Assembly: GCF_000315625.1 (NCBI RefSeq)
Contig: NW_005434662.1
Location: forward strand, 603,064-641,548
Length of the DNA: 38,485 nt
Reading direction: 5' to 3'
Source of the DNA: Guillardia theta CCMP2712
Taxonomy: Eukaryota > Protista > Cryptophyta
The stretch's first letter is position 1. Each line of letters opens with the position of its first letter. The position numbers were made by a program, and so were the translations under genes. Positions 13,870 through 27,000 of the stretch are shown piece by piece. The notes under the pieces were generated by a model. The model did no database searches. It was not told the DNA's origin and was given only the letters and a program-made list of their open reading frames with translations.

Positions 13870-14424
13870 ATGCTCCCCGCCCTCTCCGTAGATCAAGCCG
13901 TCGCTCTCCTCTACCCCCTCGATCTCTATGATGCCTCTCTACCCTCCCCTCCCCTCCTTGCCCCCTGGCTACACCTCGCCCACTACCCCGACCTCCTCCT
14001 CCCCTTCCTGCCTGATCGTGACGATCTCGATCCCTGCTCCCATCTGCCTCCTCCGTCTCCGACTGCCCCAGACCTGCCCATCCAGCACTGCTCTGCTCGC
14101 TGCTTGCTCGCTGCTGATCTCCCCACGTCCTCCGCCACCGCCTCCTCCTCCTCGCCGCGTCTTGCAGTCGCTCCTGTCTCCAGCACGACCCGGTCGACCT
14201 GGACGCCAGAGGAGCACAGGCTGTTTCTGGAGGCCTTGCGCATGTACGGGCGGGACGGGGCGGGGGCGGGGCGGGAGCATGGCAAGGCCGGGGTCGGGCT
14301 GGGGCGGGGAGTAGCGGTGAAGGTGTCGAGGCACATAGGGACGAAGACGTACGGGCAGGTGCGATCTCACGCGCAGAAGCACTTTGAGAAGGAGGGGCGA
14401 CGGGGATGGAGTGGATGGAACTAA
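13870..14424 (+). CDS. SHAQKYF-class single-MYB transcription factor, paralogue 2 (intronless)
   Basis: Near-identical to 10876-11472 with a shorter linker, and the same SHAQKHF MYB domain. Confidence 0.85.
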   Translation: MLPALSVDQAVALLYPLDLYDASLPSPPLLAPWLHLAHYPDLLLPFLPDRDDLDPCSHLPPPSPTAPDLPIQHCSARCLLAADLPTSSATASSSSPRLAVAPVSSTTRSTWTPEEHRLFLEALRMYGRDGAGAGREHGKAGVGLGRGVAVKVSRHIGTKTYGQVRSHAQKHFEKEGRRGWSGWN

Positions 14425-14895
14425 TTTGCGCAGCTTGATGAAGAGCAGTGGAGGCTTGATGAAACTGCTTGCAGTTGTAATAGTATTTCGCGTGAGGGTT
14501 TGTTTGGATGGTGGCAGCTCTATTATAGGGTTTTGTAATTCATTTTTCTAAATGCTTGCCAGGCTCATTTTTCAACTGTATCTTGTCTAATTTTTGCTAT
14601 GCGAACCGCTCTGTAATAAAGAGAAGAATGCGTATTAAGACTCTACTCGATCTGCTGTGGAAGCAGATGGAATAGGTTGTACAAGGCATCGAAGACCCAT
14701 TTATCACACCTACTTGAACTTGGACTTCAGAAAAGGAGTCATATCAGATTGAGCAGCAGTAACTGTTCTCCATGTTGCTTCAGTGAACGCAGCATTAGAC
14801 CTGGCGATATGTCTGTCTCTCGCAGGTTATTGCGTATCACTCTTCACCAGGCCTTCGGACAAAAGCCTCAAGATTCTGTCAGTCAGAGATGTAAA

Positions 14896-15053
14896 TGACT
14901 CTATGATTCCATCATGACTGTATGGTTCTTTCATGACTGTATGGGTCCATCATGACTGTATGGTTCTTTCATGACTCTATGGTTCCATCATGACTCTATG
15001 GTTCCATCATGACTCTATGGTTCCATCATGACTGTATGGTTCCATCATGACTC
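14896..15053. repeat. 19-bp minisatellite, ~8 copies (atgactStatggttccatc)
   Basis: Directly visible tandem units. Confidence 0.93.
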
Positions 15054-15466
15054 CACGATTCACTATTTCAGATTGTTCTGCCCCCGGTTGTGTCAACTTG
15101 TCTTGAGGTCGGCGACAGCTCAAGCTTGTGCTACCGGAAGCAGCCATTTGCCACTAGCTACAGCGTTGTGAACAACATTGGGAAGGGTCTTCGACAAGCT
15201 TCATTTACAGCCTGTGCATGGCTTCTCTCAGTGATCTGCTTGCTCAAGGACCAGAGCTGCTAGATCTCTTCTGACTGGCCGAGCCTTCGCCGCCGCAGTT
15301 TCGACCATCGGTGTTAAATTAGTTGAGACCGTCAGTTCGCTATTAGTTGAGACCGTCAGTTCGCTACCGCACTTGGGGTCTTTGGCACAAGGGACCCTCT
15401 GTGTAGATTTCTCGATTTTTACGGGGGTAGGGGTTATCATTCTTTTTATTTACTCGATTCAATGGC

Positions 15467-18400
15467 ATGAAGCTGCCCAAGTTGATCAGACCGTCCTGGT
15501 GCGAGGAAGAGGAGAGAAGGACCGAGGAAGAGGAGAGAAGGATCGAGGAAGAGGAGAGAAGGATCGAGGAAGAGGAGAGAAGGACCGAGGAAGAGGAGAG
15601 AAGGACCGAGGAAGAGGAGAGAAGGACCGAGGAAGAGGAGAGAAGGACCGAGGAAGAGGAGAGAAGGATCGAGGAAGAGGAGGAGGAGAGGGAAGGTGGT
15701 GGAGACCCACAGGGAGGCTGTGAGGCCTGTCCAGATCATTCTCAACAAAATGCGGATCAGACGCCAATGCAGGGTTCTTGCGATAGCAATGGAGAACAGG
15801 ACATGAGTAATTCTGGAACAAGACCACCAGGAGCGAATCATTCCTCATTGAGTCCCAGAAAGTTTCCAAAGCTAATACGATTGGAAGGAAGATCGATGAC
15901 GAACAACTATGATCACTGGAGGTTGCGAGAATTTGACTTCCTGTCCTGCTGTTGAATGAGAGACTTGGTTTTCTCCAGGTGCACACCAACGCCTCTTGCT
16001 TGTCTGAACGAGGTGAAACTTCCTCTTCATTGAGATGCACATCCTGATATGTTGGACAGATGAACGTCTCGTCATCCAGCCATACAGAACTAGCTGAAGC
16101 CGTCAATCTCATCAAATCCTTCATAGAACAAGTTGTGGCTGCCTTCGAGAAAAACGAAGAGTTGATAGAGAAGGTATAAGATATCTTTCAAGACACTTGC
16201 GAAGATTGATTGCTAGTTGCTAGTTTCCTCTTCCGAGAGCTTCAGAACACTGCATTCAAAAGCTTTACCTCTTGAGTGAGAAGTTGGATTCTTGGTTTCT
16301 AGAATGCTTGCGAGAAACCACGAGCTCGTCGCAGGCATCGAACATTCTGGTTGGCAGCCATTTTCATGTTGGAGGAATTTTCTGACACAACCGTTCCTGT
16401 CAACAGCCTGTCGACAGCAAGAAAAGTTCTGCAACGTCGTCACCTCTCCAATCTACTCCAAATCAGCCTGATCGCATGATGTCACCGAGGAAGATGGAAG
16501 TTGAGCAAGACTCTACCGCTTATTTGGAGCAAACCAGACACAGCAATGAAGATTTGGAGGTGCAAGCGCTGAATTCCGTGGATGAATCACCGCGGTACGG
16601 CCTGACGAAGAGGAGAGGGTTGAACCTCCCTGCCATCCTCCCTGGGCCTCAAAATTCAGACATGGAGGGAGAGGGGTTGCAGGTGGACTCTGGCTCGGAA
16701 CCTGGGCAAGGCATTCACCTGACTCCTCTGTCTCCTTCCTCCATCCGAAGCAAGAAAAGTTTCATCGACTCGGGGGAAGCCTTGTTTCCTCCGCAAGCAG
16801 TCGACAAGGGCCGCGCGCATGGAGGCTCCAAGGTCATATCTCCTTGTTGCCAGCTCCAGTTGTGAGTTCCTGTCAGGGTGGAGGGGCAAAAGTTCTGTCG
16901 CAATGGTCGGGGACCTCTCCGTTCAAGTCGATGACTCTATCCCCTGTCGCCGCTCTCAACAGGGGCGAGAGATACTTCAATGAGCGATCCTCGTCGAGTG
17001 CTGCCCAGTCTCCTCTGAATCGCCCGTTCTCAAGGGCCTCTTCGTCTGACTCGACCGCGAGATCGTCGGGCAAGAGAAGGTCTGAGCTTGCAGGCGGGCT
17101 GCTTCAGATCGCTGATGATGGCAACACAGAATCAAGGGAGGCAAGAAAGACCTGCGTTCCATCCTCTCAAGCTGGGTCCGAGGCTCGGGCTCCTCCCACA
17201 CATCGTTCCGCTATGTGTTCAAGGTTGTTGACCAGGACGGAGTCCAGTATCGGCACGAGCCACATTTCGACGCTCGTGTGTACAGGCAGAGGTGAGACGA
17301 GCTGCGGTCATCCGCGCTGCTGTTGCTTGACGTTTCCTGCTAGGTGGTGGGACAATGAAGAGGAGCAGTATGGACCAGAGTTCGAGGATCTGGTTGCTGC
17401 TGTTTGCATCCAGAAGAACTGGATTCAGGTTGTCTCCGGCCCCAAATAGCGTCTGCAGCTCCACCTGAACCCTTTCGCTCCGCTCAGGTCGCCAACGGCT
17501 TCTGGCTGCCCATCAAGAGTTTGGAGGGGACGCAGATCCTGGAGCTCGTGGAGATTCTTGATACCTGCAACCTCCTCGAGGATCAGGTGCGAGGCGCGAG
17601 AGAGGAGAACGAGGACAGGAGGTGACGACGTCAAACGAGCAGGGGGGGCAAGGGCTTACCGGAGCATGGAACCCGTTCACATCCTCCTCAAACGTCATCC
17701 TGTCTTGCGATCGTTCCACGGCACAGATAGGAGGAGGCGAGTGCTTGCGCTGTCTGGCAACCTGTCACGCTCCCTGCTGCCGCAGGCCGTCCTGGGGTCG
17801 CCATAGCAGAAGCCGGATACACGAGAGGGGTGCACCTGATCCTGCTCAAGGTCCTGCAGATGAGCAAGTAGGTTCTCTCCCTCCTCGCATCGATCTGTGA
17901 GCATTGACTGCAGGTACTGCTACGTTGGCTTCACCGAGCTGCCCGAGCAAGGGGCGGGACAGGACTCTGGCTCCCTCTGCACCATGGGGTGAGCGGCAAG
18001 GGAGGCGGTGGGACGACAGCCTGACGCCGCTCCTCCAGTTTCGCCATAGGTGGGAAGCAGGCCAGCAAGTCTCAGACGTCAGAGGCGGAGAGAGCAGGGG
18101 GTGGGGCCTGCCCTGTCCCTCAAGTCCGAACGTGGAGGAAGGGGGTGATGGGTGAGTTTGTGGTCTCTTTCCAGCAGAACGATGTCCTGGGGCTGCTGCT
18201 GGACATGGACCAACGGACTCTCGTCTACTACATCAACGGCAGGAGTGTCGGGCGCGTCTTTTCTCAGCTTCCCTCAGGTGCTGCTCCTGCTTGCGCCACC
18301 TCAAGGCTGGTCACTTACGACTGGGTCCTCCAGGCCCCTTGTTCCCAGCCGCTGGCAATCATCAGTCCGGAGCGGCAGCGTGCTTCAAGGCATGCTTCGG

Positions 18401-18470
18401 GGTCAAGTTCTCCCTCTATCAAGACCAGCTGCTTCCTGATCCGGAGTGCGCCTTGTTTCTTGGGACGTGA
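15467..18470 (+). CDS. Multi-exon protein with a C-terminal SPRY/B30.2-like domain and an N-terminal EEEERR(T/I) repeat
   Basis: Exons VAIAEAGYTRGVHLILLKVLQMSK|YCYVGFTEL and FQQNDVLGLLLDMDQRTLVYYINGRSVGRVFSQLPS|GPLFPAAG match the SPRY pattern. The start and middle exons are uncertain, and this could be two genes. Confidence 0.65.
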
Positions 18471-19519
18471 GGTAGCGTGGTGAGAGCATAGCGCACAAGA
18501 TAGGATGACACTGAGACGTGTATGTTGGTTTTGTTCGAAGTCTGTTCTCACACTCTGATTTCTCCGTCGCAAGGGGTTTTGAGCTCTGATCCAAGGAGAG
18601 CGGGCGATGGGAGTTTGAGGAGAGATTGAATGTGTTGATGTTTGTATTTATTTATTATTTGAGTTTATTAGACTCTTAGAATGTCATAGTTATAAGAGCT
18701 ATTCCCGCTCATCTCTCGCCTATTGATCTGTCTAAAGGGGTTCCCAGACTTGGGAGGTCGGCTCTTTGTCCTATGGGCCCCGTAGTCCAGGTTGCTTCCG
18801 AATGAGATGCTTTCAGTGTTTTTGTCCTCCGTTTGTAATGTTTATGAATATGATCAAGAGTTACGATACACTAGGTTGGTTGAGACGGCAGCGTCTCCGG
18901 CAGCATAGCGCGACACCATCGCACAGAGCATGAGGTCGTCGACTTCTTCTGCCGCTACAGTGAAACTAGTGAGCCCTTGAGTCTCGGTGAGGGAGGAGGA
19001 ACGGTTGCGAACGCGGGGGGTAGACTGCGAAAGAGGCATGACGCTGAGGGAATGGCGGAGTAAGATGGTAGAAACCGGTAGAGGGTCAGACACGAGGACA
19101 GGGAGATGCGAAAAAAAGATGAACCTCGGAGGAGGGAGCAGGAGGGAGGAGCTGGAGGGAGGAGCAGGAGGGAGGAGCTGGAGGGAGGAGCTGGAGGGAG
19201 GAGCTGATGGGGTGTTTGGGAGCTTGAAGCTTTTGTAGGCCTGTAAGGGGGGCGAGAGGAGTAAAGTCAGCATGGTTGTAAAAATGAACTCCAACGATAC
19301 TCTTTTCGATGGGTGAAATCATCACAGTGGTAAGAAGGTCATCAAAGCACTTCTTTTCGATAGAAAAGGTTTGGAGCATTTGGAATCACTCGTTCTGGCG
19401 AACCTTGCGACGTCATCTTTACTACATAAGTGACCTACAGGTCCTATTAAGTGACCTACAGGTCCTATTTTGGGCAGGAAAAAAGTATGGCCGGATCTAC
19501 CCACCGCTGAACAAAAGAA

Positions 19520-19602
19520 TGCAGAGGACGGGATTCGAACCCGCGCCTCCGAAGAGATCGGTGCCTTAAACCGACGCCTTAGACCAACTCGGCCACCTCT
19601 GC
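19520..19602 (-). tRNA. tRNA-Leu(AAG)
   Basis: The reverse complement is GCAGAGG TGGCCGAGTTGGTCTAAGGCG TCGGT TTAAGGC ACCGA TCTCTTCGGAGGC GCGGGTTCGAATCCCGT CCTCTGC A. It has a 7-bp acceptor stem, AAG anticodon, long variable arm, TTCGAAT loop and a downstream T-rich tract. Confidence 0.97.
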
Positions 19603-20208
19603 ATACAGAAATCGTGCTGCTCAACATTTATATACCCGGTTTTGTCAAATGACCCCTTGTGTTTCCCCTATTTCGCTGGTCATGCAAGGGGTAGGGTTAC
19701 CCGGTTTGCAATCGACCCCACCCCCCCTCTGGACTTTTCATGGACCGGTGAAGAATCACTTAAGAGTGCTGGCACGCTGGCACGAGGCCTGGCATGGCGA
19801 GGATGGAGGCGGTGGGGGGTCATGGGGAAGCTGCTGAGAGAGCCCTGCCTTCATGCTGCCTCCCGATCTCTTCTTCCTCCTACTCCATGTCTGCTCGCCC
19901 AGGGCAGGGTCTCTCCGCCTCCTCCTCCTAGGGAAACTAGGAGTTCTTGTACATCATCGTTAACCCCCCTTCGCCATCCCGATAGGGTCTCTCCCTCATG
20001 GCTGGCAATGTTGTCTCATGATCGAATATGTGCTCGTTGTTCCTCTTTGTAATGTGGTCAATTTCTCAGCGAACAAACGTATCAAACTCCATGCCAAACA
20101 AGATTAGTACCATCAAGTTTGTTCTGTTCTGTCACTTAGCAACACTGCAACTAACTGATCTCCCAATACCCCACAAGCATGCTAACGATGTTTCTTTTCA
20201 GATCCGCC

Positions 20209-22031
20209 ATGGCTGAACGACGAGATCGCGCTCGCTCCACCAACACGATGAGTTCGATTCCCCCGGAGAACCTGCTCATGGGGGTTCCCAAGAAGGGAAG
20301 GTTGCACGAGCAATGCATGAAGCTGCTGGTACAAGGAGCAGGACTGGAGCACAAGCGACCTGAGCGTCTCGACATCGCTCACTGCACAGACCTTCCGGTC
20401 GAGTCTCCTGCCGTGCTGCCGGGGTGAGTGATGGCTGCCTGCAGGTCACGCTCGTGTTCCTTCCCGCACACGACATTGCTACTTACGTGGCGGAGGGAAA
20501 CGTCGACATGGGGATCACTGGGATGGACGTGAGCTGAGGATGTGCAGCTGCCTCTTGCTGACTCCTTGCAAGGTCATCGAAGAGACGGAGCCGCAGAACA
20601 AGGACCTCTCGATCGTTGCCAAGCTCGGCTTCGGGCAGTGCAAACTCGCGGTGCAGGCGCCTGCAGCGGAGGGGCTGAAGGATGTAAGTGAGATCGCCGA
20701 CGTGGCGGCCTTGACGAGGCTCCCGCAGGCTTCTGTGCTCGCAGGCAAGCGAGTGGTGACGTCATTCCCGGCGATCGCAGAGAAATACTTCAGCAAGTAC
20801 GAGAATGTGAGACTACTTGACCCACCCCAGCATGGGCTGACGACCATGGCAGGACAGCACTGGCAAGACGAAGATCAAGTTTGTCAGGTGCTGAAAGGCT
20901 TTGCTGGGAATCTGCTTCCTGACTGTTTCCTTCCTCTCCTCCTGCAGCGGGAGTGTGGAGGCGGCGTGCGGGTTGGGCCTGGCAGACGCTGTGGTTGACC
21001 TGGTTGAGACGGGAACTACCATGAGAGCGGCTGGACTCGAGATAGTGGAGACCATCATGGAGACAGAGGTAGAACAGGAGGAGGGGGAGAGGAGGAGGGA
21101 GAGGAGGAGGGAGGGAGAAGACGGAGGGAGGGAGAAGACGGAGGGAGGGAGGGATAGGAGGGAGGGTTTGGAGGTTTGAAGGGGTGGAGTTAAGGGAATT
21201 TCGAGGAGAAGGGGGATGAGTGAAAACATGAGGGCTAGGGAGAGGAGGGAACCAACGGTAGAGGACAAGGGGAGGAGCAGTCAGGGTTGTGGCATGTTGG
21301 CAACCTTGAGGACTCAAGGGAGTTCTGCACAGGCTGTTCTGATCAAGAACGTCAACACCCCTTATCCTGCCCTTGTTGAGACTATCAAGAAGAGGATAGA
21401 GGGATATCAAACGGCAACCAAGTATCAGATGATCCAGTACAACGTGCAGCGTGAGAACCTTGAAAAGGCGCTTGCAGTGAGTCCCACTCCTCTCCCGCTC
21501 CCTCTGGTCCTTCCACTGCTCCTCTTATGCTCCTGCTCTGCTGCAGCATCCTCCTTTCTCTACTCGTCTACCCTCCTTCCTCGTCCGTGCAATGTCCCTC
21601 CGCTCGTCCCCTCCTTCCCCTTTCTCTGCGCCTGCTCGTGCTGACTTGCAGCAGATCACCCCAGGCAAGCGAAGCCCGACGGTGTCGGCGCTGGAGGAGA
21701 GCGGATGGTGTGCGGTATGTGCAAACAAGAGGATGGAGGATGATGGAAAGGACAGAAGAAAGGAAAGGGGATGGTCAAGGGAAGCAGAGAGGGAAAGGGA
21801 GGCGGGCAGGAGCATGAAGGGGGGTTACATGAAATGAGAGTATCTGCAAATATAGAGGTGCTAACGAGGCCGCAGGTCTCTGCACTGGTGCACAAGAAAG
21901 ACGCGGCGAAGATCATGGACGTGCGTGTGAAGTTGGAGGAGGAGGAGGAGGAGCTAACGGCGTTGCAGGAGCTCGAGCGCGTGGGAGCAGATTCGATCCT
22001 TATCTTCTCCATCAGCAACTCCCGCATGTGA
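20209..22031 (+). CDS. HIS1: ATP phosphoribosyltransferase (long form), multi-exon
   Basis: [95 protein letters not shown] and the C-terminus [20 protein letters not shown]. Confidence 0.96.
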
Positions 22032-22253
22032 AGTATGAGAGGAGAAGCAGGTGGCCAGGAGGGAGGAAGAGGGTTGAAGGAGCGGAGGGTTCGGACATAC
22101 TTGGGGGAGGGGCCTCTTCAATCCTCCTGGGAGAGGGAGGAGGAGGAGGAGGAGGAGGAGGAGGAGATGAACGAGGAAGGTGGAGCATCTTCAAACAGCA
22201 GCGCAGGCTCTTGTCCAGTCAAACTGGGTAAAGTTTGTAAAGAGCAAGTGAAA

Positions 22254-22628
22254 TCACTTCTTGCGGAAATTCTTAAGATCCCCAAAGCCCGAGAAGAGGT
22301 CCGGCTTCTGCTCCTCCTGCTTAGCGGGGGCGCGATGCTCGCTCGAGGGGACGCGCGTGACGCCTGTCTGTGAAGGATGAGCGGCAGGAGCGTGAGGGGC
22401 CGGGTGCGAAGGCATGGCATCGTGAGCCTGCGAGAGAAGTCAAGGCGACGCAGGAGAAGGAAGGGGGGAGGGAGGGGGGGAAGGAAGGGAGGGAGAAAGA
22501 GTTTAAGGAAGGTGTGGGGGCAGGCACAGCAGAGGAGCAGAGGCAAGGAGAGTGAGACGAGAAGGACAGGGGGAGGTGGGGGCAGTGAAGTTCAAGGGGG
22601 CAGAGGGGCAGAGGGGCAGAGGGGCGGC

Positions 22629-22709
<81 letters not shown>

Positions 22710-23769
22710 GGAGAGGGTTCTACCTTGCCAGCCATCTGGGCCATCATCATCATTTGCTTCTGGAACATCATCTGAATCTGCGCGACCATCTGCTGCCCCT
22801 GCTCTGCAGTCATCATCCCGTTCATAACCTGCTGCTGCACCATGAAGACCTGGACCGATCGCGTCACCGGCACAGCACAAGTGGAGGAGGAAGGAGAGGA
22901 GGAGAGGAGGAGAGGAGGAGAGGAGGAGAGGGCAGCAGTGCAAGTTCTGAAGCAAGCGCGGATGGTGGGGGTAGGGAGCCATCAGAGGGCGAGGGTACTA
23001 CCTGCTGCTGCATCATCATGAACGCCTGTTGCTGTTGCTGTTGCTGCTGCGGTGACAATTGAGCACCAGCACCAGCACCAGCACCAGCTCCAGCTCCAGC
23101 TCCAGCTCCTCCACTTGCTCCAAACCCTGCTCCAACGCCTGCACCTACTCCGAGTCCAGCTCCAGCCCCAGCAGCTTGTAAGCCCGGGGCATGACCACTA
23201 GCATGCAAGTCGAGATGCGTGTGCCCGCTAGATCCAAGCAGGCCGCTAGTAGAGGAGTGACTGAACCCGTCCCTCGCTCCCTCTGCCTTGGCTCCTCCCT
23301 GCCCATCCATCATCAAGGACGAGGGAGCCTTGTGGGCCTCGGCAGGGCTCGCCTCCTCCACAACGGGAGGAAGGTCGGAGACCAGGTCGGCAAAGGGATC
23401 GTCGAATCCTCCCGACGGCTTGCGGGCGATCGGCTCCGAGCCTGCAGGAGGATGGTGAGAGGAAGGGAGGGCAGCAGCACAGGAACCACCGGACGAGACG
23501 TTGAGGTTGAGGCCTGACAAGGAGAAGGCAAGTGAGCTGGCGGAAGAGCACAAGGACAAAGATACCTGAAAGTTGATCCGACAGCCCCCCGCTCCCTCCT
23601 CCTGCTCCTCCTCCTCCTCCTCCTGCTCCTAGAGAGAACAGGTCCTGCCCTCCTGCTCCCCCTCCCCTCCCCTCCTAGCGAGAACAGGTCCTGGCCCCCG
23701 CTCCCTCCTCCTGACCCTCCTCCTGCGCCACCAAGCGAGAACAGGTCCTGTCCTCCTGCTCCTGCTCCT

Positions 23770-23801
<32 letters not shown>

Positions 23802-25092
23802 CCCACCAAGTGAGAAGAGGTCTTGATCTAGGCTATTCGATCCGGCCGGGGCAGCAGGCTTGTTTCCTCCTGCCGAAGCCGATGCCGGATGGAGATTGGA
23901 AGACGAGGAGGTGCTGGAAGTCAAGTCTGCCTGTGCGAAGGGATCGTAGTTGGGGTCTGAGAAGATTGCGGCGCTCGCAACTGCAGCGTCCACCGGGGGA
24001 GGGACGGGAGGCGGGGGGGGACGAGACGGGGCGACGATTCGATGGACAGCAGTGGGAGCCATCGCGCTGTGTTCATTGTGCGACTCGACAACCTTCTGAG
24101 GCGGGGGAGGTTGTGGAGGCGGCGAGCTGAAGCCGAAGGGGTCATCAGACACTGACGCGGAGGCAACATTGAAAGCAGCTGTGCTCGTCGACGCACCTCC
24201 GGACTGGATAGCATGGGACGATGGAGGCTCATCCAGAGAGAAGAGATCCTGCTGGGCAGGTGGCGGGGCCTTCCGGACAGCGCTAGAGGAGCCGAAGGGA
24301 TCGGCAGGCTGTGCATGGTCCATGGAAGAGGTCGCAGGCGCGGTCTGGTTGAAGGGATCCCATGACGAAGACTGAAGGGACCCGGCGAGCTGCTCCTTGG
24401 GCTCCGGGGCGGCAGCTGAGGAGGCGAAAGGGTCCCATGAGCCTCCACTGAACGCTGAAGGCTGAGGCTGGGCCGCTGGCACTGCACTGGAGCTAGACAA
24501 AAGGTCGACTGTGGGGGCCTTGCTCACCTCTTGGGTTGGCTGGTTGCTGGCAGGAGGAGCCGCTGCCGTGGCCGAGGAGCTGTCGGCGACGTGGTTCTGA
24601 GCGGCTGGTCTGCTGTGGTCGGAGGGGGTGAGGAACCAGCGCTTGTCGTAGTACTTCATCTCGATGAACCTCTTCACTCCTTCCCTGTCGCTCTCGTCCG
24701 GCTTGGGGAACAGCGATGGGTTCCAGTCCCCGAGGTAGACGGAAGCATCCTTCTCATTGCCTCCCTTCGACTCGACGAACTTCACCTGCCAGGAGCAGCC
24801 CAGGGTCAACGGCATGCGGGCAACAAGGGATAGATGTCAACCTCCTCCAGCGTCCAGTTCGACATGGTGATGCCCTTGCACTTGTGCTGGAACTCCCTGT
24901 GGATCCCAGCGCAGTTGGTACAGACGAAAGTCCCGTAGTCCATGCAGATGGAGGTCATGCTCTGCGGTGCACCGTCACACGAGATCCGACATCGCGCAGA
25001 CGGACCTTGGCATTGCAGTCCGCACATTCCCTGCTCGTAGACTTCTTGTACTTGTTCAACCTGTCCCGCAGCTTGTCTTGAGAGTGGCTCAT
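22254..25092 (-). CDS. ArfGAP-domain protein of the AGFG/AGD14 type with a long disordered tail carrying DPF/DLF motifs
   Basis: CADC-NAK|SMTSICMDYGTFV-CTNC-AGIHR fits CX2CX16CX2CX4R, followed by KGITMSNWTLEE|VKFVESKGGNE and RFIEMKYYDKRW. The tail has WDPF, DPF and QDLFSL repeats and a Q/M-rich end, terminating KPDLFSGFGDLKNFRKK*. Confidence 0.9.
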
Positions 25093-25434
25093 GTTCCTTC
25101 CAACTGCCCCGACCAAGTCAGTGGGATGTCTGCGGCCACAGCAGACGCTGACCGCGAGGAGCGAAAGGCTGAGCAAGTGAAACTCACGACTGAACTATGA
25201 GATGCTGGGCAATCTGACACAAGACATCAGTCATTGAGAGGTAGAATTTGATTGCATAACTGAAGCATCATATCATTGCCCTCACCCTGCCCCTCCCTCC
25301 CTCCCCTTCCTCGCCATCTACATAGGTACCTCTCCACATTCGTCCCGCCATTTCTCTCTATCTAATACCCATGGCGTACAGCTCATCTCCACTGGTAAGT
25401 GTACGACATTTGTTTGAGAAATCGTGATACCAAG

Positions 25435-26126
25435 TCATATGCATGTAATTCTCACTCCTTGAGATTGCAAGGGTTTGCCTTCCTCTTCACAAGATCCACT
25501 CTCAGATCTCCGTTCATTTCTCAACACATCTTTCCTACGATCTGTTCTTCCCTCAACACCCGAATCTCCTGCTGCTATGATTTCTCGCAGGATTTCAAAC
25601 GCAACTCTTCTGACCAATAGCGCCTCCTTTTGCATTCTCTGTCTCTACCAAATGTATTTCTGAGATTCAAAGTTGGCAGTAGCCTTGTACCCAGCCGTTT
25701 AACGCTACGGAAGCTGGAGGAGAGGGAGGATTCCAGGATAGACTGAATGTAAGATGCGAGGGACCGTCCCTCTCTTTCATCGACAGCGGTAGGAAAGGAT
25801 CCGCGAGCTTGACATCCGAAGGTAAGGATTCTCTGCTAGGAGTCTGTATCCCATGCCCATTCTCCAGCTCTCCATGTGAATCTTGAGTGACTATGTCTCA
25901 AGAAACCCATTCATCTGACTGTGCTGCTCACTGGCTCTTTTGAAGGTGCAGAATCGTCCTTTCCCTGCTGTATTCGGAGATTTCGTGACACCGGAGAAGC
26001 TGTCCTCGGGGAACACAAGTTGATCGAGTGCTTATGAAGCAAGGCAACCTCCAGGAACTTGCTTGCAGACCATGGTCTTCTTCTTCTTGCTCTGCTCCGC
26101 ATCTTTTCGCTAATCTCACCATGCAA
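25435..26126 (-). CDS. Possible small hypothetical gene or gene remnant
   Basis: Coding-like pieces (MQKEALLVRRVAFEILREIIAAGDSG...) with no recognisable domain; the model was not resolved. Confidence 0.25.
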
Positions 26127-27000
26127 CGCGGCTGGTTACAGGAACCTCCACCGCAAGCCCTCTCATTTCCTCGCTTTCCCCTCCAAACTGGAGGAAGGCT
26201 GTGCGGATGATCGGGTGATGAGGGTGGGAAAGGTGGGGGTAGGTATCCCAGGAGTCATAGGGGTGGGGTAGGCACAATAAGCGCTTGGTGGGTGGGGTGA
26301 AGATGAGTAAAGTAGGACTGTGGGTGGGGTGGTGTACCTTCAAAACGAAACAAATCATACAGGAATTGAGGGGTGGGGTGTATGACTAACATGACCATGA
26401 CCGGTAGGGTAAATGATGGAAACTCCTTGTAGGGGTGCACAGACAGGGTGGGTGTTTCTTAAGTGATCCATAGACGGGGGGTGGTTCTGGGAGGAACGAG
26501 GGTCCCCTTCTAGAACCTTGGGTGGTTCTGTACAGCAGGGGTATTGTCAAATTTGTGAGGGTAGGGGTATTCTATGGGAGGGTACTTCCCTATGAGGACG
26601 ATGCCACAATACAAGATAAATGTAGGGTGGGTCTTCTAAGACTAGGGTAGGGGTCAATATGGACAGGGTAGTCTGGGGGTCTACGCCTTCTCTTGAAGTC
26701 ATTTGGAAGGGGGTACAAACTGAGGATAAAGAGGGGGTGATCTGGGACTATGGGAGGACTTGACAGTACCGGATGTTTTCCCTGTGTTCACGGGGGTAAG
26801 GGTAGAGGGTAGTGACCAGGGGAGTGAGGGTGACTGGTTGATGACAGGGTGGGGTAGGTGGTACAAGGGGTAGTATGATCTATCCCCACTTGGTCATGAA
26901 AATGGCTGCTACCGGACGGGTCATGCAGTGTGAGGGTGGGGTACTTGAAGATAAGAAAGGGGTAGAGCGAATAAGCACCACAGGTCTACAGGATCGGGCC

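Noticed and set aside
18600-19400. Minus-strand ORF 18854-19294 and a faint VWEP chromodomain-like word
   Set aside because: Low-complexity core, in-frame stops around the word, and too weak to call.
26220-26945. Interstitial telomeric repeat
   Set aside because: G-rich but with no periodic unit; treated as a GGGTA motif cluster instead.
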